Position numbers and translations under genes: made by a program. The notes under the pieces were generated by a model. It was given only the letters and a program-made list of their open reading frames with translations, had not been told where the DNA came from and made no database searches. From positions 10,515,571 to 10,579,570 of the forward strand of contig CM119266.1 in the NCBI GenBank assembly GCA_051294375.1: a stretch of 64,000 nucleotides of DNA, read 5' to 3'. This stretch comes from Paraspadella gotoi (taxonomy: Eukaryota; Animalia; Chaetognatha). Positions 46,139 through 59,930 of this stretch are shown piece by piece; within the stretch, counting starts at the first letter, position 1, and every line of letters starts with the position of its first letter.

Positions 46139-47991
46139 GCGTTGATGATGAATGTTGTTTTGTCTTTGAAACTAATTTGACTTTTTCTTAAGTGTTAATG
46201 ATTTGTCGGCGAGCGAGAGCGAATATTCCAAAAAGCCGTTAAGCGGCGTTGATGGTTTTCGCGCCTCTAAAAAGGAAAAAAAATGAGGAGGGCGTTTTGG
46301 CGAGGGGTGTGGGGGAGGGGCGGGGAGGAGGGCAGGGGGAGAGGCGCGGCGTCGTGGCGTCAGCGTTGCGTTTTGGTCATAACTGTTTCGCTAACGCCGC
46401 CCCTCTTTCCCCCCTTGTTTTCATCGCACCTTTTACTAATCGCCTTTTCTTTCCCCTCGTGTTTATTTACTTTTTCTGCCGCGGCTCCCTTGCCGCGGCT
46501 CCTGCCGCCGCCTCCGCCGCCGCAGCCGCTTCCCCCTGCAACCTTTCCTAGGTTCTCTAATCGTAAAATCATCAAAATAACTAAAACCATCCCTTTTTCT
46601 AAAACTTGGCTAAGAATCAACTCCACGTTCATTGTTTCTGATCGAGCCCCCTCTTTCTTGCCGCAACCCTAAACCCACCATGCCGTAACCCAGGCCGCAC
46701 CTGGTCTCGTCAGATCCTCCGCCTGGCCGCTGGAGCTTCGGCTTTTGCGGCCTTCGATCGACGGGGCTTCGGTTCCGTGATGTCTGGAGAGAAAAGAAAG
46801 GGAAGGCTCGATCATTAAGAGGCGGAAGGGCCTGGATCAAAGGAGCTGAAGGAGTAAGAGGAAGAAGATAAGAAGGAAAAGAAAGTAAATAAGAAAGTAA
46901 CTAGTAATAATATCTAGCGACTACATAAATCTCTTTAGCTCATCCAAGCTCCGCATGGAAATTTTAATTTTAACTCGTTGATTTCACTATTATTATGGAG
47001 AATACAATATTATCTCTTGATGAGTGAATGAATGACTGAATGAACGAATGAAAAAAAAGTAATCAACTTTCCCCCGACTCACCCTCAACTCACCTTCCAT
47101 TGGTGATTCCGTTCTGCAGAGTCTTCTCCTGCTGTTCCAAGAGCGCCGCCGCTTTGACGATCTCGTCGCCGGGTCCGCCGGGGGCGCCGCTCCTGGCGCC
47201 GGCGTGGTGCAGCGCCACCGCCAACGCCTCCTTGTGCGTCAGGATGTGCGCCTGAAGCTCCGATGCAGACGGAAACCGTTGGAGGCACTGCAAGCACTTC
47301 AACTGGCGGGGGGGATAGACAAAAGAACAATTACTTTTCAAAAGATAGTGATCATTCAGAACTAAATAATATCTTACATCTTGGCTAAGTTTTTTAAAAT
47401 ATTTTTAACGTTGTCTTTTGATTTATTTTTCTTTTTTATTTCTTATCCAGAAAAAAAATATTAAGTTTAATGGATTATTTACACGAGCGACGCTTTTTTT
47501 TTAAGAGCAAAACGAGGAAATAAACTCGTCTCATTATCATATAAATTACGGGAGTAACGAGTTTTTTTCTCTCTCTCTCTCTCTCTCTCTCTCACTCGCT
47601 CTCTATCTGGCCATCTCCGTCTCTTTCTCGCTTCCTCTGTTTTTTCTCTCTCTGGGTGTGGGTTTCCTTATTGTGTCAGTCGATCGTTGAGTCGTAAAAA
47701 CTCGCGCTTTTTCTCACCCACCACTCTACATCCGGGGGTCGAGGCAACAAAATTTATTACATCCGGGTTGGATCAGGCCACATTGACTACATCCGGAGTT
47801 GAAGAAGACACCCATTTACATCCAGAGTCGTGGCAGCCACACTAATTGCATACGAGGTTGAAAGATTTCCTAGGAAGGCATAATTTTTGTTATGCAACCG
47901 TTAATAAAACACACAGTTTCTAGTCTGGGCAGTGGTCATAACGACGCCACCAAAAAGATAGAGATGAGATGAGAACAGCGATAAAGACAAC

Positions 47992-48054
<63 letters not shown>

Positions 48055-48676
48055 CTATTAGGCACCCATCATTACGCCTCAATTTCACCACCATTTCAGC
48101 GCCCATTAGTCTCGCCTCCGCCGAGAATCACAAATGGGTGAGGGGGGAAGAAAAAAGGGAGAGAAGAGAAGGGGAGGAGGGAAAGCAGGGTGGTCGCGGT
48201 TGGACGCGTCACCACCGCCCGTCTTTTATTCTGCATAAAAAAGGGAGATTCTTTTAGCGGCTTTTTAAGCGGAGAAGGGACCCGAGGGAGACGGAAGGGG
48301 GAGGGAAGGGGGGCGGAGGGCGGGAACCGGACTCGAGAGGGTCGATCTTGCGTGGGTGGGGTGGCTCTTTTTTTTTCTCGTCCTTATGGTCGTCGTCGTC
48401 GTCGATGCCAAGGCAGGCCGCCATTAACCTAAAACGGGATCGTTCATCACATCATCGCTTCCGCTCCGACGAAGCCATCCATCACAAAAAGGACTGGAAA
48501 CATGTTTTCCGTATTTTAGCCAGTTGCTTCCCTCGGCGATGCTCCTGCTCCTCCTCCTCTTCCTCCTCCTTCTCTTCCTCTCACACCCTTGCCTTTCACG
48601 AGGTTGCGGATTGACTCCCCAAACAAAAGGTGACCCTCTTTGTTTACCCTTTCACGAGTTAAAACCTTTTTTCCAG

Positions 48677-48732
<56 letters not shown>

Positions 48733-49175
48733 ACGGGAATGATCGATGGCATTGAGGAATCGAGTGGGTGTTTCATCAAAGCCGAATTAAAACAATCCAC
48801 TTTTTTTTTAAACCAATCTAATTCTTTTAAAGTTCTCTGTTTTTTCCCAAAAATAATATTTTTTTTTTCAATTATTAATCGTTAAGATGTTTCAAAATCT
48901 TAGAAAAATAATTTATTATATATATATTTTACAGCGATAATTTATAATCATTTAACCTCCTAATTTTTATTTAATCTGAATTGAATTAGAGCAAATTAAA
49001 TTTACTAAATCCAATTTAAAGCCTCACCTGATCCTTCCCAACCCCGTCTCCCTTCTTGTGACTCTGCATGTGGTAAGTCAGGGCGGCGGCGGTTGTGTAG
49101 CCTCGGTTGCAGATGCTGCATTGGTAAGGTTTCCCGTTGTCGTGAGTTTTCAGGTGAATCTTAAGATGGTCGCTC
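36668..49175 (-). CDS. Oaz: ZNF423/ZNF521 (Oaz)-like multi-C2H2 zinc-finger transcription factor, 5'-incomplete
   Basis: In-frame exons 49175-49028, 47302-47094, 46783-46701, 43166-42803, 42696-40611, 40443-40074, 39991-39721, 39458-39269, 38909-38667, 38579-38349, 38224-38038, 37937-37753, 37632-37440, 37194-36668. Family-like strings: [107 protein letters not shown]. Confidence 0.92.
45363..45406. promoter_or_regulatory. Candidate internal promoter: CCAAT, two CACGTG E-boxes and a CRE
   Basis: CCAATCACGTGAC...GTCACGTGACGTCA within 40 bp in a GC-rich intron segment. Confidence 0.5.
47727..47860. repeat. Degenerate ~30-bp periodic repeat with TACATCCGG core
   Basis: Cores at 47727, 47758, 47788 and 47817 (TACATCCAG), with a weak fifth near 47847. 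Confidence 0.7.
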
Positions 49176-51243
49176 CTGCGAGAGAAATAGGGAGGTGGGA
49201 AAGGAGGAAAGGAGAAGGAGGGAAAAAGAAAAAAGGGAGGAAAAAGAAAAAAGGGAGGAAAAAGAAAAAAGGGAGGAAAGGTTAAAACCCTGTTCCATAA
49301 ATCCGCGGCAACGAATCGCGTTTTTATTCCCCGGGAAATGACGCCAAAAGTCGCGAGAGAGGGCGTTAATTCCCCGCGACCGATAGACGTAATGTAATGG
49401 CCAGGCCCCCATTTTTAAAAGTGGCCGGACCCCGTTTTTCAGACCGGGTCCCATTTCAGAAGGTATCATAAAAACCCCCGTTGCCGGTCCGGCCTTTGGC
49501 TCTTCGGGAGGGGAGACGGGAAGAGAGAGAGAGAGAGAGAGAGAGAAGAGAGAGAGGAGAGAGAAAGGAAAAAAGTGAAATATAGAAGAACGGTAATTGA
49601 ATTTTCAAGCCGGCGATCCGTCAGTCCGTCCATATCTGCACCTCGCCGACAAATAGCGTCGGTGTAGTTAACCAAGAACCATTTACTTCACCCTATCATC
49701 TTCGTCGGCCGGATTAACGCCGGCGACGGCAGCGGCGAAAGAGGGTGAGAGTTGAGGCGGAGTAAGTAGATCTTGTTTCCTTCCCCTACCCAGTTCAAAC
49801 TATCTCTCTCTCCCTCGTCATGAGAGAGTGCGAGCCACCACCGCGCGGCCATTACCATTATCGCCGAAACATGGCAATAACCGGCCATTTTCCCCATGTT
49901 TTGTTATCTCTCGGGCCATTCTCTTCCACCTCTCGCTCTCTCGCGCGCTCTCTCTCTTTTTCGACACTCCCTCTCTCTCTCTCTCTCTTTTGACACTCCC
50001 CCTCTCTCTCTCTCTCTACCCCCGTGAATTTCGGGTCGGAAAACGAGGGGTCTTCAATCCTCGCCCGTCCGGTGGAAGGAGAGGGCGGGCGAAACAGACG
50101 GGCAAAGCGAAGAAAGACTTGTGAGGTTTAATATACATCAATTCAGACAAGCAGGTGCTCTTTTGAAACCAAGAGGTGTCGTCTGTACAGAAGATACGTA
50201 ACTATTTTATTTTTGGGACAAATTGCATAAGGTAGATCATTTTATAACCTATTTTGAGGAAATAACATAAATTTATAGCGGGTTAAAGTTAGAGCTGAGT
50301 ATTCAAAAAAACAACAACAACAACGCCGCCCAACGTCATATAAACTCCCTTCGCGCGAATCAGATCGAAAACAAAAGGTTTTTTTCCGCTTCAAAACAAA
50401 CAAAACGAAACAATTGAAATGAGAGGAAAGGGGGAAAGAGAAAAAAAGAGTTCCCGAGCGAGAAAAAAAAATCGAGTTTAATCGTTGAAAGCTTAAACCC
50501 CCTTATTCCATTAGCTGCCCCCTCCCCCACTCGCTGGCCCCTTTCTCCCTTCTCCCAACGCCCCAACGCGTTTTTAAATAGATGGGGGAGAAATTAGGGA
50601 GAGGATGTGTGAGAGAAAGAGAAAAGTAGAATTGAATGTTTTAATTTTTTTTTTAAATTTAAGCAAAGAAGCAAAAATTGAAAAAAAAATTAAGGATAAA
50701 GACCAAAAAAAAATAGTGGGATATAAAGAACGAAAAAAAAGGGAGAAAAAAAGAAATTAGGCAGGGGTTGAGAGAGACAGAGGGAGAGATAGAGAGGGAG
50801 AGACAGAGAAATAGAGAGATGGAGTCCCTCATCGCCATTTCCACCTTATTGGGCGCGAATGAAAAGAAGGGAGTTGACGCACATCGTCATCATCATCGTC
50901 GTCGTCGTCGTCGCCGTCGGTAAAATCAGGCGACGCTCTAATGACTTTGTGTATTGGACCATGATTGCGTCATGAGCGACAAATGGGGGTGACGCCGACG
51001 ACGACGACGACAACACGAACCGCAATAACGCCGTCATAAATAAACTTGTCAACACGGGGTCGGGACGCGCGTTCGCGAGTCCTTTCCAAAACCACGAGGT
51101 AGTTTTTTTTTTTCTTTATCAATTTTTTTTAAATGTTTTAATTGGAACAAAATGAAAATCCATTTTTCATTCCCTTTCGCTGAAAACTGGGCTATGGGCT
51201 TATAAATGGAGAGGGAGAAATTATAGGACCCATTAATGTGTCC

Positions 51244-51288
<45 letters not shown>

Positions 51289-51893
51289 AGAGAGAAGGAA
51301 GCAAGCCAGCAGCAGACAGACTCCATATTAACCGCGAGAGAAACTGGGGACAATGAAGTGCGATTATTATTATTACTCTTTTAATAGATTTTTCCATTGG
51401 ATCGATTTCTGTCCGTTGGTTCCCGAGTCGAGCGTGAGTCGAAGGGCGTTGGAGCGAGGACGCCGATGGTCAGAGCGAGACAGAGAGAGAGAGACAGAGA
51501 CATGAGAGAAAAGATAGATGAACTCGTTTTAAAATGAAACCAACATTCGTGTCTCTCATGTCACAAATCGCTCCCTCATTTCGTCTTTCATCTTTTCATC
51601 TCAGAAATTCTTATTTTCGCCAAATTCCTGATCCGATCAACGGCTTTGTTTACCTCCTCCTCTTCCTCCTCCCCTCTCAATTCGATTCGATCCTTTTCAT
51701 TCACGAATCGTTTTCATTTCTTGACGAGCTCTCAATCTCACTCTCCCCCAACGGCCGCCACCGTCAACAAAGTTTCACAAAAAAAGCTTCACTCGCATTC
51801 ACAATCAAAACTCGTTTTGGCCGATCTCGCGAGGTTCGGCCCAGACGAAGAAATTCCGTTTCGCGGCGTAAAAAAAGAAATTGTGACATTTGG

Positions 51894-51939
<46 letters not shown>

Positions 51940-52109
51940 TTTCTCCCGCTCTCCGTCCTAATGAGCTTCGAGCTCTTCAAACATCTTTTTCGCTTCTATT
52001 GACTAAAATATGCAAATTAAGGGGTCCCTTGATAAAATACACCGACAGCTGATCAATGGATGTTATGAGGTTTTTTTCTTCGTCTTCGTGGTGACACGTC
52101 ATCCCGGGG

Positions 52110-52144
<35 letters not shown>

Positions 52145-54464
52145 NNNNNNNNNNNNNNNNNNNNNNNNNNNNNNNNNNNNNNNNNNNNNNNNNNNNNNNN
52201 NNNNNNNNNNNNNNNNNNNNNNNNNNNNNNNNNNNNNNNNNNNNNNNNNNNNNNNNNNNNNNNNNNNNNNNNNNNNNNNNNNNNNNNNNNNNNNNNNNNN
52301 NNNNNNNNNNNNNNNNNNNNNNNNNNNNNNNNNNNNNNNNNNNNNNNNNNNNNNNNNNNNNNNNNNNNNNNNNNNNNNNNNNNNNNNNAAAAAAAAACCC
52401 CGCGCGTCTTTTTTGATGTTTGTCGCCATTTTGAGAAAATGAAAAAGGGGAAAGGGAGAGAGATGGAAAGAAAGAGATTAAAGCGAGAGAGAGAGATCGA
52501 AAGAGAGAGAGATATCTCAAAGGAAAAAACATGTTTTGAAAGAAATTGGTCAGGATCTCCGAAATACTTGGTTTCCTACAAAAAGAATTAAAAAGCATCA
52601 ATGAAAAAAAAAAATTCCGTATCAAATTGCCTTCTAAAGACTAGAAAAGCCTATGAATAAAAAAAAAAGCTAATGATGAATACAAAAAAGCTGATTATAA
52701 AAACCCCGAGTATATGAGAAAAGAATCTTTTGTAATCAAAACGCAGAAATCCAGGGCCCAGGGACGTAATTTCGAATTATTATGGGTGTGCGGATTGAAT
52801 AGCACGAGGCCTTGAAGCGCAAAAACTCGCCAGGCTAAGGGGTTTGAAAAAAAAAAAAANNNNNNNNNNNNNNNNNNNNNNNNNNNNNNNNNNNNNNNNN
52901 NNNNNNNNNNNNNNNNNNNNNNNNNNNNNNNNNNNNNNNNNNNNNNNNNNNNNNNNNNNNNNNNNNNNNNNNNNNNNNNNNNNNNNNNNNNNNNNNNNNN
53001 NNNNNNNNNNNNNNNNNNNNNNNNNNNNNNNNNNNNNNNNNNNNNNNNNNNNNNNNNAAAAAAAAAAAAGAAATACTTTCTTAAAAAAATAAATTCTTCG
53101 TTTAAAAACTCGCGCCCCAAACCTCAAAAGCAACATAATTTGGGCTCATCATGGCCCAGCGTCAAGGGCAGCGGGCTCGGGGAACCGGTAGGGGGCGTGA
53201 AAGGCGCCGAAGCCGCGGTGGGGGGGCGGTAGGAGGGAGGAAGTGTGAAGGGCTCGCGCAGGCGCAGAGGCGCGAGGGGGCCGCGAGATTCGGTTTTGGC
53301 GCGAATAGGGGAAAAACGCACTTCTTTCTTTCTTTCTTTTTTCTCTCTCTCTTTCTCTCTCGTGCGCGTTCGTTGGAGCGTTTCGTTATGTTTCTCTCTT
53401 TTAATCGCGTTTGTGTCTTAACTTCCGCGAGTTTGCGTCCCCCGGTTCCCGAAGCGTCGTCTCTCTCTTTCTTTCTCTCTCTCTCTCTCTCTGTCACGCC
53501 CATTTCCGGCGCGATTGAGCGGGCGCCCAGAAGCCGCGCGCGCTGTCTATCGCGTACATATATTCCAACACTTTTTCTTCGTAAAATTAAACACAAGCGA
53601 CCTCCAGCGAGAAATGAAGACAACGCCGACAGCAAAAGTCGCGTCGACAGAGTCAAACCGAAAAAAAAAACCGCGTGGGCGGAGGTCTATGTCGGCAGCG
53701 TCGGCAGCATCGGCGGCGGAATTTCCGACGCGCGCCGAAGCGAGAGACAGAAAAACTCCCCCGGCGTCGAAAGGCGCCTAAAACGCGCCTCTCGACGTCA
53801 CTTTCTCATCCTCCCGGCGTCGTTCTGCTCTCCCGTNNNNNNNNNNNNNNNNNNNNNNNNNNNNNNNNNNNNNNNNNNNNNNNNNNNNNCAACCCCCGAA
53901 GACAACAAGACCCCCCTCCTCTTCTTTCTCTTCCTCCGAACCAAAACCCTTCGAACCTCGAAAATTAACCCTAAAAACGAAGTCAAGTCTAAAGGACGAA
54001 TTTTCGTCCTGAGTCGAATTCGATGGNNNNNNNNNNNNNNNNNNNNNNNNNNNNNNNNNNNNNNNNNNNNNNNNNNNNNNNNNNNNNNNNNNNNNNNNNN
54101 NNNNNNNNNNNNNNNNNNNNNNNNNNNNNNNNNNNNNNNNNNNNNNNNNNNNNNNNNNNNNNNNNNNNNNNNNNNNNNNNNNNNNNNNNNNNNNNNNNNN
54201 NNNNNNNNNNNNNNNNNNNNTCTCTCTCTCTCTCTCTCTCGCGATTCTCGGTTGACTTAACCCTTTTTTGTTCTCTCATCCGACGACATCGCGATGAGGT
54301 TAATCTTTCCCTCTCGCCCACGCGATTCACAACCTTTGCTTCCCCGCGCTCAGAGTCACAATCGACTCGGTTCACTCTCGCAGCCANNNNNNNNNNNNNN
54401 NNNNNNNNNNNATTCGCTCGACGCCTTTCCGCGTCAGGCTTAATCAACTTTAATTTTTTTTAGT

Positions 54465-54522
<58 letters not shown>

Positions 54523-54934
54523 CTCTCTCTCGGTTGAAGACATGTTTGTTCTGTCAGAATCAGGATTAAGAATCAGTTCCTTGAGGTTGAAACTGGGATG
54601 GAGAAAGAAAGCGATAGAGGAGAGAGAGAGAAAGAAATAAAGAAATAAAAAATAAAGAAAATAAACAAATAAATAAAGTACAAAAAAAAATTATTTTATA
54701 CCAAGTAAAAACAAGTTTGAGCAAACAATGTCGACAATTAAATGGTAATTAGCTAATCTGATGATAAATCACGTCAATTCTTTTGACTTTAAATTTGTGA
54801 TCGTAACAGATCATAACAAATCATAACATAACAAATCATGACATAACAAACCATGACATACTTCTTTATAAATCCACGAAAAAATCGATAAATCAAATGA
54901 TCGATCAATGAACGAGTAGCTGCGTCAATAATAA

Positions 54935-55158
54935 CTTGCATTATTTGGTCAACTTGCTTAATTTGGTCAACTGACATAATTTAGTAATCTTTCATAATTG
55001 GTCAACTGGCTTGATTTTGTCAACTGACATTATTTTGTTAACAGGCCAAATTTGAACAACAACCTAATTTGATCAACTGGCATAATTGGTCAACTGGAAT
55101 AATTTGGTCAATTGGCAAATTTGTTCAACTGGCATAATTTTTGTGAACTGGCATAATT
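54935..55158. repeat. Degenerate ~20-bp minisatellite (AATTTGGTCAACTGGCAT)
   Basis: Repeated ttggtcaact(g/t) cores. Confidence 0.8.
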
Positions 55159-55182
55159 CTGTCCTTCAATCATTTATCTGAG

Positions 55183-55237
<55 letters not shown>

Positions 55238-55279
55238 GAAACTAAATTTTTTTTTTCAATGAATGTCATTTTTGTTTTT

Positions 55280-55592
55280 TTTCAATTTAAACTAATTTCT
55301 ACTCGCATGATTCCATCAAAACTTAAATCCAGCTCAATGACACAGTTTCCTAACCAGACATAAATTTCAGCTAAAATCCATCCATCCCAATTATGAATAA
55401 TTAGAGTTAATGTAAGTTTAAAAATATTCAAGTAAATGTGACTTATGTTTTTTCCATTTAAACTCGTTTCCACTCGCACGATTCCATCGAAACGTTATAT
55501 CCAGCTTAGTCACACAATTTTCCTACCAAACATAAAATTTCATTTAATCCATCCCATCCAATCAACAGTAGTTGGAGCTTTTTGCCAAGGAG

Positions 55593-55623
<31 letters not shown>

Positions 55624-55650
55624 AGATCATCATTTTTTTGCATATTTATC
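55280..55650 (+). mobile_element. Transposon-like remnant: ~110-bp direct repeat followed by (GACA)n
   Basis: 55280-55392 resembles 55451-55562, followed by gacagacagac. The layout resembles non-autonomous Helitron/DINE-type elements (inference). Confidence 0.4.
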
Positions 55651-57839
55651 ATAATTTGATGTTCTGACATCATTTAAGTGATGCCGACAAGTATTTAGGG
55701 TTGGGACGACGGACCGACGAAGTCAATTACAGAGACGGGAATATGCTGATAAGCAGATCCGACTAAAAATTAGGAGTTAATCATGTAAAAATGTTAAAAA
55801 ATGTAGTAGAATTTTAACGAATTAAAAAAAAGTAATTAATTATTTATGATCAGTGTTAAAAAATAAATGTCGGAATGAACGTGAAATGAAAGAAGAAAAA
55901 AAATCATGCGACGGAATTCGCGTAATTTTACATTTTTATTCACGATAAAAAAAAAAAATAATAAAATACGTCAGGAGTTATGGGCGGCTTAATTAATCCG
56001 AGACAAAAGAAGGAAGAACAGAAAAAAGACGACGACGATGAGGATGACGACAACGACGACGACAACGACGACGACAACGACGACGACATGTATGTAAAAT
56101 GTACATCTTGCGCTAGAGTTGTCTCAGTACCAAGCAATCACTACCGTAAATTAAAAAGGAAGACGAGTACGACGAACCAACCACAATAGCGATGATGATG
56201 ACATGAAAATGAAATTCACCTCAAGAAAAAATCCGCATGATTATAACAACCAACAACTGGCGACAAAAATTGAATTTGAGATATTTTGACTTTTCAATAA
56301 ATCACTTCTTAACAAGAATGATGTTAATATCTAATTAGAGAATTAGGGCAGAAAGTAACTTTAACCTTGTGTTGTATAGATGCTCCCTCTATTTCCCAAC
56401 ATCTTTCCCCATTACGTTATTAAATATGAAATAAATAATAATTAAATATTTTATATATATATATTTTTATATTTATTTTAAAACTATGATATAGTAAGAA
56501 CAAAGCAATCTTGCAATTTTTGATCGTAAATAAATTAGACGACGAAATTAAATGCAAAGGAAGAGACAACAACAACAACAACGACAACCAACAACAACAA
56601 CACCCCAAGACTCTCGTCTTCACCTCTCATCCTCGCGACGTCACCACGCGCGCGTCTACTCGCGTAAATGCCGGTCACGCCCCTTTGCCGTCCGCCCGAA
56701 TGATAACGAGCCCCGCGCCATAATTTATGGGCAGGGGTCAATTGCTGGGCTCATATAGTCTGAATGTCGAAGGGGGGGACAGGGGGAGCGTTTATGGACA
56801 GCTTCCGCTTTCGCGCCGGTTTTTTCGTGTGCGGGTCAGGGTTGACGTACGACAAACGTGGTTGCTGTGTCGTCGCTGGGGGATTGATGTAGTGGTTTGT
56901 GATGTAGTGGTTGTGATCGTTGTCATATTCGCTCTGTTTTGGTTTGGAAATGATAATTGAAGAATTTATTGAATCTTAACTGAATAATAAAAATTGATAT
57001 TTTGATTTGATCAATTGATTTAAATTTGTTTTTGTCTGTAATGAAATTGGCACAACCATATAAAAATTATCCATTCATGTAATAAATAAGCTTTGTTGTC
57101 CCTGACTTTGGAAAGCTTTGGTGGTTTAAGGCTCCGGAAATATTTGGAACGGTGTAAAGAAAAAAGCTGGATAAAAGAAGAGAAAATGCTGGAGAAAGTA
57201 AGAAAATGCTGGAGAATAGGATTGCCAGAGAAAAAAGGAGAGAAATTCTGGCAAAAAAGTAATGAAATGCTGGAGAAGAAGTAAAAGAAAATGCTGGTGA
57301 AGAGAAGGAAGAAAGAAAACATCGACAGGGCGAAAAAAGAATCGAGAGGCGATCATCGAGAAAACGATAAAAAGGAAAGGGGGGAAGAAAAAGGAGGAAG
57401 GGAGGAGAAAGGAGAAGGGAGGAAGAAGAAAAGGAAGAAGAGGGGAAAGGGGAGAAGGGAGGAATGGAGGAAAAGAGGAGGAAAGGGAGGTAGAAGAGGA
57501 GAAAATGGAGAAAGAAAAAGAGGAAGAAGAGGGGGAAAGGGAAGAAGGAGAAGGAGGAAGAAGAGGAGGAAAGGGAGGAAGAAGAGGAGAATATGGAGAA
57601 AGAAGAAAGGAAGAAGAGGAGGAAGAGAAGAAGGGAGGAAGAGAGGGAGAGAGGGAGGAAGGGGTAAAAGAACGGGAAGTGGAAGAGGAGGAGGAGGAAA
57701 GGAGGAAGAGAGGGAGAGGAAGTAAGAGTGGAGAAAGGAGGAAGAGAGGATAGGAAATAAAAGGAAAGAAGATAGAGAGGAAGAGAGGAAATGTGACAGA
57801 AAGGATTTGGGAGACATGGAGAGGATTGAAGAGAGAGAG

Positions 57840-58590
57840 CAGACATGGAGACATGGTGAGGAAGGAAGGGAGAGACAGACATGGATTTGATGGAAGGGAA
57901 CATGGAGACATGGTGAGGAAGGAAGGGAGAGACAGACATGGATTTGGATAGAAGGGAAACATGGAGACATTGGGTGAGGAGGGAAGGAGAGACGAAAATG
58001 GATTTAGATGGAATGGAACATGGAGACATTAGTGAGGAGGGAAGGGAAGAGACAGACATGGATTTGGATGGAAGGGAACATGGAGACATGGTGAGGAAGG
58101 AAGGGAGAGACAGACATGGATATTGGATGGAAGGGAACATGGAGACTGGTGAGGAAGGAAGGGAGAGACAGACATGGATTTGGTGGAAGGGAACATGGAG
58201 ACATGGTTGAGGAGGGAAGGGAGAGACAGACATGGATTTGATGGAAGGGAACATGGAGACATGTGAGGAGGGGAAAGGAGAGACAGACATGGATTTGGAT
58301 GGAAGGGACATGGAGACATGGTGAGGAGGGAAGGGAGAGACATCATGGATTTGGATGAAAGGGAACATGGAGACATGCGTGAGGAGGGAAGCGGAGAGAC
58401 AGACATGGATTTGGATGGAAGGGAAATGGAGACATGGTGAGGAGGGGGGGGAAGGGAGAGACAGACATGGATTTGGATGGAAGGGAACATGGAGACATGG
58501 TGAGGAGGAAGGGAAGAGACAGACATGGAATTTGGATGGAGGGAACATGGAACATGGTGAGGAGGGAAGGGAGAGACAGACATGGATTGA
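57840..58590. repeat. ~60-bp satellite, about 12 copies, preceded by a nearly pure-purine tract (57360-57790)
   Basis: Unit GAGACAGACATGGATTTGGATGGAAGGGAACATGGAGACATGGTGAGGAGGGAAGGGA. Confidence 0.92.
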
Positions 58591-59407
58591 TCAAAAGGGA
58601 AACAAGTCGGGGAAAAATGAAAGGGACTATCGACGCAGCTGAGCGACTCTCTCTCTGTCTCGCTCTCTTAATTTCTCGCTTTGTCTCACTTTGTACTCTC
58701 CCTCTCTCTCATATATCTCTCTTTCTCTTTCTCTTTCTCTTTCTCTCTCTGTCTGTGTGTCTCTCTGTCCGTCCCAAGTAATGATCTTAATTAAAGAGAA
58801 CGTGAATGAAACGAATTCCCAATCAAATTTTGAAAGGAAAATTAAATCCGTATTACGGTGAAGTCGAAACTGATATTTTTATTGTCTCGTTTGTTGTTTA
58901 ATTTCGCGTTTCTAGTTGTAATAGCGGATCAGTAGTTATACCTTTATTATATAAGTAGATATGTAAATAATTCAGATCACAATATAAGTATAATATATAG
59001 ACAGTCCTCCGCTTCCAGTTGCTGTCATTCAGGTCAAGGCCTTTTTAAGACCATTCATGAGCCACCAATCCCAACCGAGAAAAACCAATATTTTCTCCTC
59101 TCTTCCTTCAGAGCCCCAATAACCCTATCGACCTTCCCTTCCCACTTACTTTTCGCCTCCTTCCCTTTCAATAAGACGACTTTATGATATTAAGAACTAT
59201 TGCACCCTTAAATCAGACGATTAACTCGGACGAACGCGAATCATACCTCAATTTCCACAGCCCATGTGAGAGAAAGACTATGATGTATGTAGGAACTTGC
59301 AACTCGAGGAACTTGCAGGCACCGAACCCAAATGCAATCGCTTCCCGTTACTACTTCAAAAATAATTTCTCGCTCAACATTACGTAATTACATGAAGAAA
59401 ATCGAGG

Positions 59408-59930
59408 ACCCCCGGAAGACACAAAGGACCTACCACCGTCTCTTTCTTCCTGTGTGACTCTTCCTCCGAACCGGACCCTTCGAACCTCGAAAATTAACTC
59501 GACGCCTACAAAACGAAGTCAACGTCTAAAGGACGAAATTTTCGTGTCTCCCTGAGGTCTCAATTCGATCGATAGTAGTAGGGGCCATTAGAGGGCATAT
59601 CGACGATATGAGAAGAAGGAAGAGGAAACTTATTTTTTTGTCATTTAAATTTTTCTTCCTTATCGACATTATAAATACTCGTCTGTCATCTGCATCTCTC
59701 TCTCTCTCGTCTCTCGTCTCTCCATCTCAATACTTGCTTCGTCTTCCTCACGGCGCGATTCTCTGGTTGACTTAACCCTTTTGGTGATTCTACTCATCAT
59801 CGTTCTACAGCGGTTAATTGATGAGTTAACGTTCCACTCTCAGCACCAAACCGATTCACAAACCTGTTGCGTTAACGTATCCCCGCGCCTCAATTGAGTC
59901 ACTAATGCTCCGGTTCACTCTCCGCAGCGC
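59408..59930 (+). other. Insertion-rich second copy of 53891-54386
   Basis: Shares cttcgaacctcgaaaattaac, aaaacgaagtcaa(c)gtctaaaggacgaa, cgcgattctc(t)ggttgacttaaccctt and ctcggttcactctc in the same order. Confidence 0.75.

Noticed and set aside
47727-47860. CRISPR-like repeat-spacer array
   Set aside because: Cores are only 9 bp, spacers are partly similar to each other, the context is a eukaryotic intron, and there are no cas genes.
53151-54463. 369-aa ORF and neighbours
   Set aside because: Run through N-gaps and microsatellites.
57067-58642. Long ORFs (up to 493 aa) over the satellite
   Set aside because: Products of a stop-poor purine tract and tandem repeat; low complexity and no splice context.
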